A stretch of DNA of 64,000 nt from Neoechinorhynchus agilis. Lineage: Eukaryota; Animalia; Acanthocephala. The notes beneath the pieces are model-generated. The model was not told the DNA's origin. It did not search any database and worked only from the letters and a program-made list of their open reading frames with translations. A program made the position numbers and the translations under genes. Position 1 is the stretch's first letter, and every line of letters starts with the position of its first letter. This document shows, piece by piece, positions 47,901 to 59,266 of the stretch. The stretch spans positions 10,084,784-10,148,783 of the forward strand of contig CM121341.1 in assembly GCA_051530055.1 (NCBI GenBank), read 5' to 3'.

Positions 47901-48952
47901 AACTGTCGATTCTAATCTCAACTTAATATTTTTTAAAGATTGCAACAGAAAATGTTTTTTAGAAAGCCGTAATTTAAAAGGTTCGTTTGAGTATTACCCA
48001 TTTTTTTCGTTCAGGTGAAAATAAGGATCTTAGTACTGAGGAGACGGTGGTTTACTTGAGGAATTATGGAAAATGAGATGCTATTTTAAAAATGCCGATT
48101 TTAATCTCAATTTTATATTTTTTTAAGATTGCAACAGAAAATGTTTTTTAGAAAGTCGTGATTTAAAAGGTTCGTTTGAGTATTAACCCTTTTTTTCGTT
48201 CAGGTGAAAATAAGGATCTTAGTACTGAGGAGTCGGTGGTTTACTTGAGGAATTAGGGAAATGAGATGCTTTTTTTAATGCCGATTTTAATCTCAATTTT
48301 ATATTTTTTAAGATTGCAACAGAAAATGTTTTTTAGAAACTCGTGATTTAAAAGGGTTCGTTTGAGTATTAACCCTTTTTTTCGTTCAGGTGAAAATAAG
48401 GATCTTAGTACTGAGGAGTCGGTGGTGTACTTGAGGAATTAGGGAATTGAGATGCTTTTTTTAATGCCGATTTTAATCTCAATTTTATATTTTTTTAAGA
48501 TTGCAACAGAAAATGTTTTTTATAAATTTGTGATTTAAAAGGGTTCGTTTGAGTATTAACCCTTTTTTTCGTCCAGGTGAAAATAAGGATCTTATTACTG
48601 AGGAGTCGGTTGTGTACTTGAGGAATTAGGGAATTGAGATGCTTTTTTTAATGCCGATTTTAATCTCAATTTTATATTTTTTTAAGATTGCAACAGAAAA
48701 TGTTTTTTATAAATTTGTGATTTAAAAGGTTCGTTTGAGTATTTCCCCTTTTTTTCGTCCAGGTTAAAATAAGGATCTTAGTACTGAGGAGTCGGTGATT
48801 TACTTGAGAAATTACGGAAAATGAGATGCTTTTTTTAAACTGTCGATTTTAATCTCAATTTTATATTATTTTTTAAAGATTGCAACAGAAAATGTTTTTT
48901 AGAAAGTCGTTATTTAAAAGGTTCGTTTAAGTATTACTATTTTTTTCGTTCA
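38906..48952. repeat. Large satellite array, about 186-bp monomer, about 54 copies, several monomer variants with higher-order structure
   Basis: gttcgtttgagt recurs every 184-189 bp. Variant markers (ttcgtccagg, ttccggtg, tgcgacag) recur at a 3195-bp offset. Confidence 0.97.
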
Positions 48953-49024
48953 CCCAGAAATATATCTTTTTTAATAATCACAATTCGCTATTATTTTTTG
49001 TGAACCTTTAAACACAAAATCGCA

Positions 49025-49123
49025 TGGTTGCTTTCTGGTGGAGAAATTAAATTGGTTTTATTTTAAAATCATTATAATTTCTCGTCCAGAAAACAACCAA
49101 TATGAACAATTCAACCTTCAAAC
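49025..49123. mobile_element. Hairpin family H, copy B
   Basis: tggttgctttctgg...ccagaaaacaacca plus the tail atatgaacaattcaaccttcaaaca. Confidence 0.65.
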
Positions 49124-49395
49124 ATAAAATTGCAAACGCATTTTGAGATTCTCTAGATTTTTAAAGTACCTTTGAATTTCTTAGATGGACGTTGATAAAT
49201 GAAACAGGCTTGATTAACTCAAAGGGTAAATGCTACTTAGCGCATTTTAAACGTATAGTAAAAGTTTATACTGAATTTCAAAAGATAAAGATCGCATTCG
49301 TATTATTCCTTAAAAAAATCCAATTTTCGCCTTTACACGTCAGATTTAGAAATAAACAATTTTAGAAATTTATTATCTACGAAATCGAGATTAAT

Positions 49396-52048
49396 CTACA
49401 CTCCGTTCAAGGTCCAGTCGTATTTATCGTAGTCTACTTTCATATCAGAAGCAGAACTCCACTTCCTCGACAAGGCCTTAATTTCATCCGTTCTCTCCTT
49501 TGGTAAATACTGATGGAGCCATCTAAACCGATAATCGTTGCGAATTTGGATCTAAAATTAACGTAAGAGAAGCACTTACTTGATAATGGTTCTATTCGAT
49601 TTCCCGAAATCTAAAAGACCATACCAATCGAATAACCGATGTATCCGAATTTTGGCCATTGTTGTGATCTGAACATGCTGAGTGCAAAACTCCGTCGCTG
49701 CTTCGTTTAATTTCTCATCGATATCACCAGGAGTCCATACACGTAATTTGGTAGAAGACTGTTCAAAAAAGGTAACTTTTAGTCTAAAGGTTCTTAGTAC
49801 CTTGCATCCATTAACAAGAGTAAAGTGGATCCGAGGATCCTTTTTTCTTATCGTATAAACAAGCCTTCTGTCATTGTAGGTAAAATGCCTTTGTGTACAT
49901 TCAGGGTGCGGACGATTTCCTGCTTTGAAGAAAAAGATTAGTGTATATATTTTAAACGAAGCTCGGACCTCTTAAAATTCCATGCATGATATCGTCAAGA
50001 GTATAAGTACAATTTCCAATCCTGTAGGCTGCAGATCGGTAGAACTGTCGAATATCGTGGACTGATTTTATACGCCTACGCTTGTGCAAAACGATGTGGT
50101 GGATAACGAGCAAATTGTAGAGATCAATATGAATGGTTTAAGGAAAATAATATGATTTGAACTTAAACATAGGTTTGTACGCGAAGGATACTGATAAAAA
50201 AGGCTTTTAGTGTATCTTCTCCAAGGTCATCAAGCTTAGTTTTGGCCAAATCTGACAGAGCCATTTGGTTTGTAATAAAAAAATTATCGTTTCTTAAGCA
50301 ATCGTATTTGATCATCGTAGTTCCGTTCGCTTCGTACGAGTATCCATTAATGATGCTAAAATGAAATTAGAGAAAATTAATAAAGGCATCTTAGAAAGAG
50401 AATTTAAAAAGGATAGTTTTTGCAGGAATCCAGCTCTAAAAATGAATACCGATACTTTCTTTTCATACAAATAATAGGGTTTTGTCTTTTCATGTAAATT
50501 AAATGTTTCTTGTGTCGATATGTGAGGTAGAGGGGAATGTGATTAGAATTATTGTTTAGAAGTCTACACCCGCGGTAAATGATTATTTCGATTAAAGACG
50601 TTCATCGAACCACCCGACGAGATTCGCAGAACGTCTTTAATAAATACGGGGCTGTATACTTCAAAACAATAATTCTAAATGGTTTTTACCAATAATTTAG
50701 GAATTGTTCTAAGCTTTTAAATCAAATGTATTTTCAAATTCTACCCATCTGAAAATTGTCGCAATCGTAAGCTGAAAAAAAGAAGCCGCGATGAACACCC
50801 ATGATTAATTTTAATGCCCAAATCTTACTACATAAAAGATCTTTAAAGCAGATTTTAAAAGAAAAACGATCGCCATGGAGTGTGCGGCTCTTTTGTATTC
50901 AGAATAAATATTACACTTTATCGAAAAAATTATAGTATTTTAGCCAAAAAACTTTTATTCATCGTAATATGGTTGTAAATTTTCTTTAAAGATTTTTTTC
51001 TCTTTGTTTTAAAATATCGATTTACTCGTGTTTGGAATAGTACCATTTAAAAATGAAGTTATAAGTCGCAAAATCCATGTTACCGTTATTCAAAATAAAA
51101 GAATTGTTAAAACCCACAAATATACATGGACGTATGGATGTTACTTTAACCATTTTTTCGCTCGTTCAAATCATCAATCAAACATTTGTGACTTTTTATC
51201 CAAGACGTGCACTAGAAGCCTCAATAATGAACTAAATTATTCATAAGTAAAAGTAGACGTTTAATGACTAATGAATGCTTAATTTTTAAACAAAACCCAA
51301 CATTAATGATCGATTATTTTTCGTATTTTCGTGAATTTCTATCATATTTATCTAAGATCGCAATTACAAATCGTCGTCGGGATCGTATTTTCATCCACAA
51401 CTCGTGTGATAATCTTAAAAATTGATTTACCACAATATCTTTACAGACTTGATGGCAGATTTCAAATGAGTTTTCTCTACCATTGGATACAATTGAATTT
51501 AAGCATTAAATGAAAGATGTCAAGGGCGATTGAAGATAAGTATTGGTTTTTCAGGGGGGTTGATGGGATGAATTAAAACAAGGGCGATATATCCCGAAAC
51601 GACTAACTCATTGATTAATCTGACAACATTAGCTGCTGCCTCGGCTGGCGTGACAGTGAGCATGTATTCCGGGTACATAATTTCACCAGTAAGTGGATCC
51701 ACATCGCATTTCTCCTTTATATTAGATTTGACAATATCTTGATTAAGTACGACTGCTTTAACAGCAGGGTTGGGGAACACTGGCATGGTTTGGTTGGTAT
51801 TGGTTTGCTTTCTGAAGTGGTCTGAGATTTTTGTATCTAAAAACGCAATGGAAACAATTGTGCTAAAGTGCGCCAAGATACTCACAAAATGGTCTTTCTA
51901 AGCATCTATAGTCATAAAGAAGCCTGATTCCAGGGGTAGGACTATTAGAAGCGTCATTTCCAAACGCTTGGTTGGTATCAGGTGCTGCTACTTGTTGCTT
52001 AGTGTATTGTCCAGACGGTAATCGAGTCTCGCTTGATCCTTCTGACAT
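49396..52048 (-). CDS. DUF547-domain protein (~378 aa); exons 52048-51886, 51836-51608, 50355-50192, 50124-49969, 49919-49801, 49758-49580, 49522-49396; 5' end may extend upstream
   Basis: Splicing gives KAFFINLYNLLVIH...YRIG..TYTLDDIMHGILRGNR...DPRIHFTLV.GCKS...DIDEKLNEAA.EF...RLFDWY..LDFG...YDWTLN, the recalled DUF547 motif series. All junctions are in frame. One acceptor (50125-50126) reads TG. Confidence 0.85.
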
Positions 52049-53047
52049 TGACGAACGTGTCCGTCGTCTCCCAATATTAGCAGTCTTCTTTGCTTTTGTC
52101 TGCGAGCGAAACGGTGAGCCAAAAAAAACACAAACCGAAAATGCTCATATAAGCGCTGGATTAGTGTGTGTGTGTGGAAGCGGAGAAAATGGTGGGTTTT
52201 TCTATGAAAAGGACTAAGAAACTTTGTAGGATTTTTTTGTATTCTATCAAATTAAACTCATTTAGGACACAAAAAGATCCCCGGGGAGAAATGCGTTCAT
52301 CGAAGATTTTTGCACTCGGAACTCACCCTTTTCCTGAGGCACCATCTTAACAAAGTGTTTATAATTTTTTTATCATTCATCAACCATCGATGTCAAATTA
52401 AGGAAATGAAATTAACACGTAGACGACGACATTTGTCTCCGGTCCAATTGAGAAGCTATGACATTCCTCCATGCGCAAGGGTGCACTTCCGCAAGACGAA
52501 CAATGGTGGTTATCCCATAGAGTGCTTCCGAAAAAATTTGAATGCGAAGCATGCCCTTGCGCAATGCAATGTGAAATGGAGCGCCTTCTTTTCCTTCTTT
52601 ATGATGATGGTGTCTTCGAATAATACCTCGTGAGTGACAATGCGAGTACTCGAAGAAATTAATAGAAGACTTTGCATGGGAAAAGAATTATAACCAAAAA
52701 ATTGATTCTTCGACGAAACCATTAAAAAAGGTTTTAAACACACACACACAATGAAATTCGTGAAGAGTTTATAAATATTTGAACTCGTAAATAGGGACAC
52801 TTCTCAAGGCCTGAAAGGTAATGTGGATCGACACGATAGGGACCAATGTTTCCCTAGAGTATTTTTATCATGAATCGCAAATTGTGACATTTTAAACGAT
52901 TTAATGATGCTATAAAATAGAAATGGAATCGATCTCAATTGGGCACGGCACCTTTTTTCCAAATGCTCAGTTTAAAGAATGAACTGTTCATGGTTTTTTT
53001 ATCAAAGTGCTTCTTGTATTTTAGTAAGCAAACAACTTTGACGTGAA

Positions 53048-53110
53048 TATCCGAAGCCAATCGGATTTAAAAATAAAATCATTTTAATTTCTTCTTTAGA
53101 AAACAACCAA
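53048..53110. mobile_element. Hairpin family H, partial copy D
   Basis: aaaatcattttaatttcttctttagaaaacaacca, preceded by the small stem atccga/tcggat. Confidence 0.5.
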
Positions 53111-54201
53111 TGGTAAGCTTAGAAATCTGATTAAATCATCCATTTAACTAAGATCTGCATTTCTGGGAACACTCCTTGTTTTAAAAGGATGAACCATTAA
53201 AGCAGATTGTCCTTTGGGTAAAAATAAAGATGATTGTGGATAAATAAATGAGTGATCGGGAATGTTGAAAATCAGCATAAGCGAAAACAAAGTTATCGTC
53301 GACTATTAGACATACGTGAGATGTTTCTTCTTTTAAGCCGTTTGTTCCATACGACCCAATCCGTCTTCTATTTGAGAAAAAGAAGTTAGTACTCACACGT
53401 TCGCTCCCTCATTTAAAAGATATCGGATAAATGTCTATGTTTCCGCAAACACACTGGGCAGACTAGCTTCAAATGCTAACAACTCAATGTCTTTTACAAA
53501 ACGCTATTCTATAATAAGGAAGTACCACCTTCGTTATCTAATCACTGTTTAGATTCGTTATATAATAGAGCCTCTTTATGATTTAATTAAACAACTTCAA
53601 ACTTTTAGCTTGCTTAAATGCAAACGGTACGGAACCATTTAGTCTTACATAATTGAGAGTGCGACAAGTGCATTGTGTCAAATCATTATTTATCTTTGAT
53701 GAACACTATGCTTTCCCCTTTTTTTGCTATCGAGATTTTCTATAACACAGTAACGGCATTAATGAGTGTTAGTGAGTGATGAACGTGATGGAGCTTACAA
53801 GCTGACTTGCATTTAGTTGTTGATAATGCCGCAGGCGTTTCAACAAATCGACCATTTGGCCGTCGATTCGTCCTGGCACCTCGTTTGAGCTTTAAAGACA
53901 TACGCACCAAAAAAATGTGAAACTTCTTGAGGCTTTTTCAATTTCGGAAATGATGCGCTCCGCAAAAAAATGTCTTTTCATTAAGAAGCACTCATGTTTT
54001 AGGCGACGAACAAGTTGTGCGTGCGAAAATAGCTTATTTTAAATAAAACCATAAACTAATTTTGCATACTTTACAGTGCTCCGCTTTGCATTTCTTACAC
54101 CTTCTCTAAACTTGGAAACGAAAATTAACCGTAATATCAAATGCAGCGAATTTTCTAAAATCTGACAATAGTGTGCTCAAAATACATTTTCTGATCATTT
54201 C

Positions 54202-54382
54202 TGCCACTCCGCCCCGGATTTAAATCCACCGATGATTTATTTCCCTGGTATTTCAGGTCCGATTATTCCGATATTCGACTAGATTTATTTGCAATGGCAA
54301 ACAGTAAGAAAAAATGTCGCAATTATCCGACAAGTGAAGTATCAGGGAAATAAATTAGTGAATTTAAATCCGAGGGGTGGCA
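54202..54382. mobile_element. MITE-like element with ~50-bp imperfect terminal inverted repeats
   Basis: tgccac..cc.cggatttaaat.cac...atttatttccctg.ta.ttca matches the reverse complement of tgaagtatcagggaaataaattagtgaatttaaatccgaggggtggca. Confidence 0.65.
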
Positions 54383-54915
54383 AAACTAAGAAAAAAAGAA
54401 AGTATCTTTTCCACCGAAGATAATAATCCAAGACATTTTCTGATCACTTGATAATTTTGGACCAAATATCAATCCTGGCAAATCGATTAAAAGCCGTTAT
54501 TAAAAGCGCATCAAGATCAAGAAATTTCGGTTTTAGCAAGCTCATTACTGACATTTCTGAACATGTTCAAAATTTCCTTGAACTTTGTTTGGTAAATTCA
54601 GTGGATTCTGAATGAGACGTAAATTAGAAGGTGAAATATTTTTGAAGAGTTAGAAGGAAAAAGGATTTTAGGACTGAAATGTTTAAGCAGTCTGCAATTA
54701 CAAAAAAAACATTTCTTTTGGTTAAATCAAATGCAGCAAACTACGAGAGCTTTAAATTTAAAAATAGAATTCGATCGATTCACTGAGGCACATGAAAATT
54801 TTACACAAACCATCCAATCATATGGAGAAAATCACTCGGGATGATACAGTTTGTATTGTAAGAAATAGCTTTTAACCCGAAGCATCTTCACCACAATTTT
54901 ATCATTTTATTATGC

Positions 54916-54968
54916 TTTGTCGATAGGAGAAAATAAATGAAATTCATTTATTTTCTCCTATCGACAAA
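54916..54968. repeat. Perfect palindrome, 26-bp arms with a 1-nt centre
   Basis: tttgtcgataggagaaaataaatgaa-a-ttcatttattttctcctatcgacaaa. Confidence 0.95.
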
Positions 54969-55459
54969 TAACAATTAATTATCTTTTCAACATTTGATTA
55001 TGCGTGAGTTTTTCAAATATAGCCCTGTATTCTAAATTGCAAATGATTTAGTATTAAATTTGCTCAAATGGCGGGCCAATAAAAAAACACAAATGTGTTG
55101 TGAGAAAAAGAGCATTAGTACGAATTTAACGATACAACTGCAGATAAAATTAAGATAGAAAAATGTTTTGAAAGAAAATTTAAAAGTCGAATAGATAAAC
55201 ATCATGAAAATTGATTTACGTGTATATTTGAACTTCAATGAAGACATCAAGATAACCAGATTCGCAAGGTTTCAGACTGAGCGTTTACCGAAAATACGCA
55301 AACTGATTTCGATTTGTGTCTTAAAGTAAGGCTACATTGAAATCAATATCTAAATGGGTAATCTCACCTATTTTTTCTCAAAAAATCCATTATATTTAAA
55401 CTTTTCAAGGTTTTGCAATAATAAAGTACAAAACGTGCAATCACCATTGTCCACAAAAT

Positions 55460-55517
55460 CTTAGCTTCTCTCCTTCCTCGGCTGTCGCTATCACGCTAGC
55501 ACGATTGCCTCGTTGAT
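55460..55517 (-). mobile_element. About 58-nt CRE-like 3'-terminal fragment
   Basis: Reverse complement caacgaggcaatcgtgctagcgtgatagcgacagccgaggaaggagagaagct matches 28835-28890. Confidence 0.7.
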
Positions 55518-55682
55518 CTCACCGATCCAAAAAATGCCATCGAATAAATATCAATAAATGTTCATTTTACGTTACCAATAGTGGCCGACCTTCTTCAAAA
55601 AGAGCCTGAATATTGATCGCTTGTGTTCTAGACAAAGGTTAAAAACAAAAATAACTCAACAACAATGGAAAGTCCTTTATCT

Positions 55683-55688
55683 TTTATT
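55683..55688 (-). promoter_or_regulatory. Candidate polyadenylation signal of piwi
   Basis: AATAAA on the minus strand, about 20 nt after the piwi stop codon. Confidence 0.45.
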
Positions 55689-55709
55689 TTTATAATCCAA
55701 TATCCGGCC

Positions 55710-58259
55710 TCACAAATAATAAAGGAGTTCATGAATACGTTCATTTGGTTCACTCGGGAAACACATCCCAGCCATGTACGCGAGCTTATGGGCGTATTGG
55801 CACATCGCGGGTACTCGAATCGCTCCAGCCCAGTTAAAGTACATATGACAGAGTTTGAATGACAAAATTTGGATTTCGTCCATCGTAAACCCACTTTTGT
55901 TTGTCAGGATGTTGTAATGGCTTGGAGTGGCTGAGCCCTGAGTAACCTTCTGAGAAATTAGATAAAAATCACGCCACTCGTTTATAGTCACTATCTTGTC
56001 TACGACCAGTCCACCATTCGGATTGGCATAGGAACCATTTCGATTGTCCATCATGAAAAATCTTGAATTTATCCTTTTCTTAACAACTATATATGTCAGA
56101 GTAGGCAGTTCTTTATTATTTCCAACAGAATTATTGGTCAATTTCCAAACATTATTTATCTGATTACACTCGCTATTTCCAATACATTCGAGCTGGCCAT
56201 CACCAATACCATCTCGATAAACAATTATGGATTTCGGATATTTATTCCCATTGTATTTCTTATATCGCTCAATCGCTTCCTTTATGCACACGGTCAGGTA
56301 AGTGACCAACTCCTGTCCTTTCGGTTGTATATAGCATCTTGAGTAGCATCTTGTGAAAGTCGGATTAAGAGAACAGACAATAGCAGAGAATGATTTTTCC
56401 CTATTGTGAGTGCAATCGATTCCAATAATCATTGTGTTTGAAAAACGCTGTCCAAAACCACCACAGATAGACCAAGGTTCAGATCCAGTCTTGCAACTTA
56501 TCTGAACTCCGATTTTTCCCATTATTGACATTTTACACTCATGAAAATTCTTTTCTTTTATAAATTGACTTGGAACTCCATAAGAAAAAGACAAAGTGTT
56601 CTTAAGAATTGGGTAGAAGTTCTTTTTGCATTGGTTACTCATGAGTACCACAACCATTTCAGCTGAAGCAGCTCCGGTGCTCTGCAATACATTTTGTACC
56701 GATCCAATCGCATTTTCTCCTCTTACTCTGTAAGTCCTAATCAACGGATCAGCGCCATAAGTGCCTAAAGCGGCCATCACGGACCTTAAACAGGATAAAA
56801 AATTATCCACACGATATTGTTCCGGTACCAAGACCAACCATCGATTTAGTAATCTGATTCGAAAAAGCATTTTGCGACCCATATCTCGCCATTCAAAGCG
56901 GCAGTGACCTCCAGGATCGCCAGGTTGTGGTTCAATCAGATAACGACCTTCAACATGTTCCGGTTTTTTCGATATGGATAAAGGAAAATGGGCAGAACGG
57001 TCAACCGATGTCAATCTATGTAATACCTCGCCTATGTAGCGCATCCTAAACTGCGGAATTGTCTCTTTGGAAACAATCTGCATCATCTTTGCCTTTTCTG
57101 CTGGTGGAGCCTTATCCAATCCGGCGATTTGGCAGAATTCTGGAATTAGTCTAATATCCTTTTTTTCCCCATCTTTACCTCTGATTCTTGCCATGAGCAA
57201 TGGAAGACGAGGTTGATGGACCTCTAAGTGGTAACGATCTCTATAATAATCAATAAAATTGATATGATGATTGTCATCGGTCAAGAATTTACTTGTGGCA
57301 TCACAATCAAAATCAATATCCGTTACTCGATAGAACCGATTATTATACGATGTCATGACTGAACTTGATACCAAATGATCTTTAGCACCTTTACGGCCGA
57401 CTTCAGTATTAAGGTCGAAATAGCGTAAAGCGGATGCGACCGAATTTTGATTGACGATCTTATTGATTCTATCAATACAAAGCATAAGGTGGCCTTCTTT
57501 ACGAGGCAGAATAGAAGCTTTTACTCCAGGATAAATCTGAAATCCTTCAATAGTTTTACAGGTTTCAGGAGACATATCAAACAAATTTTTCTGGATCATA
57601 CGAAAGCCTATTTGATTCAAACGGCCTCTCAGAACGAGACCAAGTATCGCCAGAAATGGTTCCGTTCCGGGAACAGTCTCTCCGGTTGGTTGCAATTTGA
57701 TTTTGTATTTACTTTCCCGGAATGCGATGTCCTCATATTCGAGTACATCGAGTTGATGTGGGAGATGTATAGACTGGCCCGTGAAACTGAATACGCTGTT
57801 GCTCCAATTACTTCGTGAAATCGCTTTTAAGATTTTACTCTTTACCATCTTAGACTCGCATGGTGGTTCAAAGTCAACGGAATAGTTAAAAATCTTGAAA
57901 TTGGGAACACTGTCAACTTTAAAGAAGTTCGAGATGACCGTAGTCTTTGATCCACTTGTTCCATAACAGTTAGTTCGATTCTTATCGAAAACAGTAAGGG
58001 CTTCGTGCAATTCAGAATTTAGTTTCGGACGACGTCTCCTTTCTTGTTGTCCTTCCAAACTAAGGGCACTCATTTGAGCAGATATTTCGCTCGATTCGTC
58101 TGGGATAGATCGTGCAGTTTCAAGGTCGCTTATAGTCCTTGAACCACCTACTCGCTCATGAAATCGACGAGGTCGCCTGCCACGTCCGCCTCTCTCGCTA
58201 GGACGCCTGCCGCGGTATCTTGGAGGTCCATTTGAATGATCATAACTACGTTGTGCCAT
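55710..58259 (-). CDS. piwi: PIWI-clade Argonaute (849 aa), intronless CDS, catalytic tetrad intact
   Basis: N-terminal RG-rich tract; PAZ (YNNRFYRV.DI.F..., F.DYYRDRY, LIPEFC); MID pocket (Y..LK, PSQ, K); PIWI motifs GIDCTH, GQEL, YRDGIGDGQ, KKRINSRFF and HMYFNWAGAIRVPAMCQYAHKLA. Confidence 0.97.
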   Translation of the reverse strand: MAQRSYDHSNGPPRYRGRRPSERGGRGRRPRRFHERVGGSRTISDLETARSIPDESSEISAQMSALSLEGQQERRRRPKLNSELHEALTVFDKNRTNCYGTSGSKTTVISNFFKVDSVPNFKIFNYSVDFEPPCESKMVKSKILKAISRSNWSNSVFSFTGQSIHLPHQLDVLEYEDIAFRESKYKIKLQPTGETVPGTEPFLAILGLVLRGRLNQIGFRMIQKNLFDMSPETCKTIEGFQIYPGVKASILPRKEGHLMLCIDRINKIVNQNSVASALRYFDLNTEVGRKGAKDHLVSSSVMTSYNNRFYRVTDIDFDCDATSKFLTDDNHHINFIDYYRDRYHLEVHQPRLPLLMARIRGKDGEKKDIRLIPEFCQIAGLDKAPPAEKAKMMQIVSKETIPQFRMRYIGEVLHRLTSVDRSAHFPLSISKKPEHVEGRYLIEPQPGDPGGHCRFEWRDMGRKMLFRIRLLNRWLVLVPEQYRVDNFLSCLRSVMAALGTYGADPLIRTYRVRGENAIGSVQNVLQSTGAASAEMVVVLMSNQCKKNFYPILKNTLSFSYGVPSQFIKEKNFHECKMSIMGKIGVQISCKTGSEPWSICGGFGQRFSNTMIIGIDCTHNREKSFSAIVCSLNPTFTRCYSRCYIQPKGQELVTYLTVCIKEAIERYKKYNGNKYPKSIIVYRDGIGDGQLECIGNSECNQINNVWKLTNNSVGNNKELPTLTYIVVKKRINSRFFMMDNRNGSYANPNGGLVVDKIVTINEWRDFYLISQKVTQGSATPSHYNILTNKSGFTMDEIQILSFKLCHMYFNWAGAIRVPAMCQYAHKLAYMAGMCFPSEPNERIHELLYYL

Positions 58260-58290
58260 CTACAAAAAGGTATCTTTTCCTAAAGCTCAC
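58260..58290 (-). other. Candidate 31-nt 5'-UTR micro-intron (or trans-splice acceptor) abutting the piwi ATG
   Basis: The minus strand reads GTGAGctttaggaaaagatacctttttgTAG|ATG. Confidence 0.55.
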
Positions 58291-58563
58291 AAATTGAACA
58301 ATCAACTGAACGCTAACTTAAAATGCCATATTTTGTTATTTTATACCATTGTGAGTTACATCGTCGACGACTTTTCGACGAAATAACCACCATTGAGTGC
58401 ATTTTTAAAGTGCTAATAAAATCGCTCCTTTTAAAAAGACTCCATTTAAGAGGATAAAATGATTAACTTTAGAAAATCAAAACTCATATAAAACAAAAAC
58501 AATTTACGATATCGCCTAGTATAAAAGTTAATTGATCTTTTGTCTCGCTTTCATTTCCATTAA

Positions 58564-58749
58564 TGGTTGTTTTCCTATCGGAGAAATTAAAATGATTTTT
58601 AAAATCCGATATTTCGACACAATCTTCTGCCTTGCTAACAACCTTGATAGACGTGTACAAGATTGTGCCTCCGAAATATCGGATTTTAAAAATCATTTTA
58701 ATTTCTCCGATAGGAAAACAACCAATATCAACAGTTCAGTCATCAAACA
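58564..58749. mobile_element. Hairpin family H, copy C: perfect 53-bp inverted arms (58564-58616 / 58672-58724) plus tail
   Basis: The arms are exact reverse complements. There is an inner 9-bp stem cacaatctt/aagattgtg. It lies about 300 bp upstream of the piwi ATG. Confidence 0.85.
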
Positions 58750-59266
58750 ATTCCATTGATTTCGACATTAGAATTTTAAAAGAAAAACTAACGACTGGCC
58801 ACGTCTGCTGCTACGTCCACCGTCTTCCATAAAATAAATTTTAACATCAGTCATTTATAATCCGATTGTAAAAATTCATTATTCCATTCAATAACGTCAT
58901 GCTGATTTTCCAAAAATAAAAAGAAAATACATGAATGAAAATTATAAAGCCCGCTGATTATTGAGAAAGAGATTATAAACAGAATGCTAAAAATACAATG
59001 CAAAAAAATTGGATTTCAAGCCGTGCATCGCAGTCGGCAAAAAATTAGATTCGCCGCTGATGAATCGCGGGGAGCAGAAATCGCCGCTGAAGAACGCGAT
59101 ATGAAGACCGCGGTAATCAATTAACCAAGAGACGAATAACTGATCATCCGAGGGCTGGAGCATTCCTAATGCAAAAGATAAGTCTGAATGTGATCCATCC
59201 TTTAAAACATTACCCCAGGACGACAGGTTTTCGAACTATCTTTGTCTAGGAAATAAATGCCAGCTG

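Noticed and set aside
38906-48952. CENP-B-box-like TTCGTT words in the satellite
   Set aside because: The CGGG half of the box is absent.
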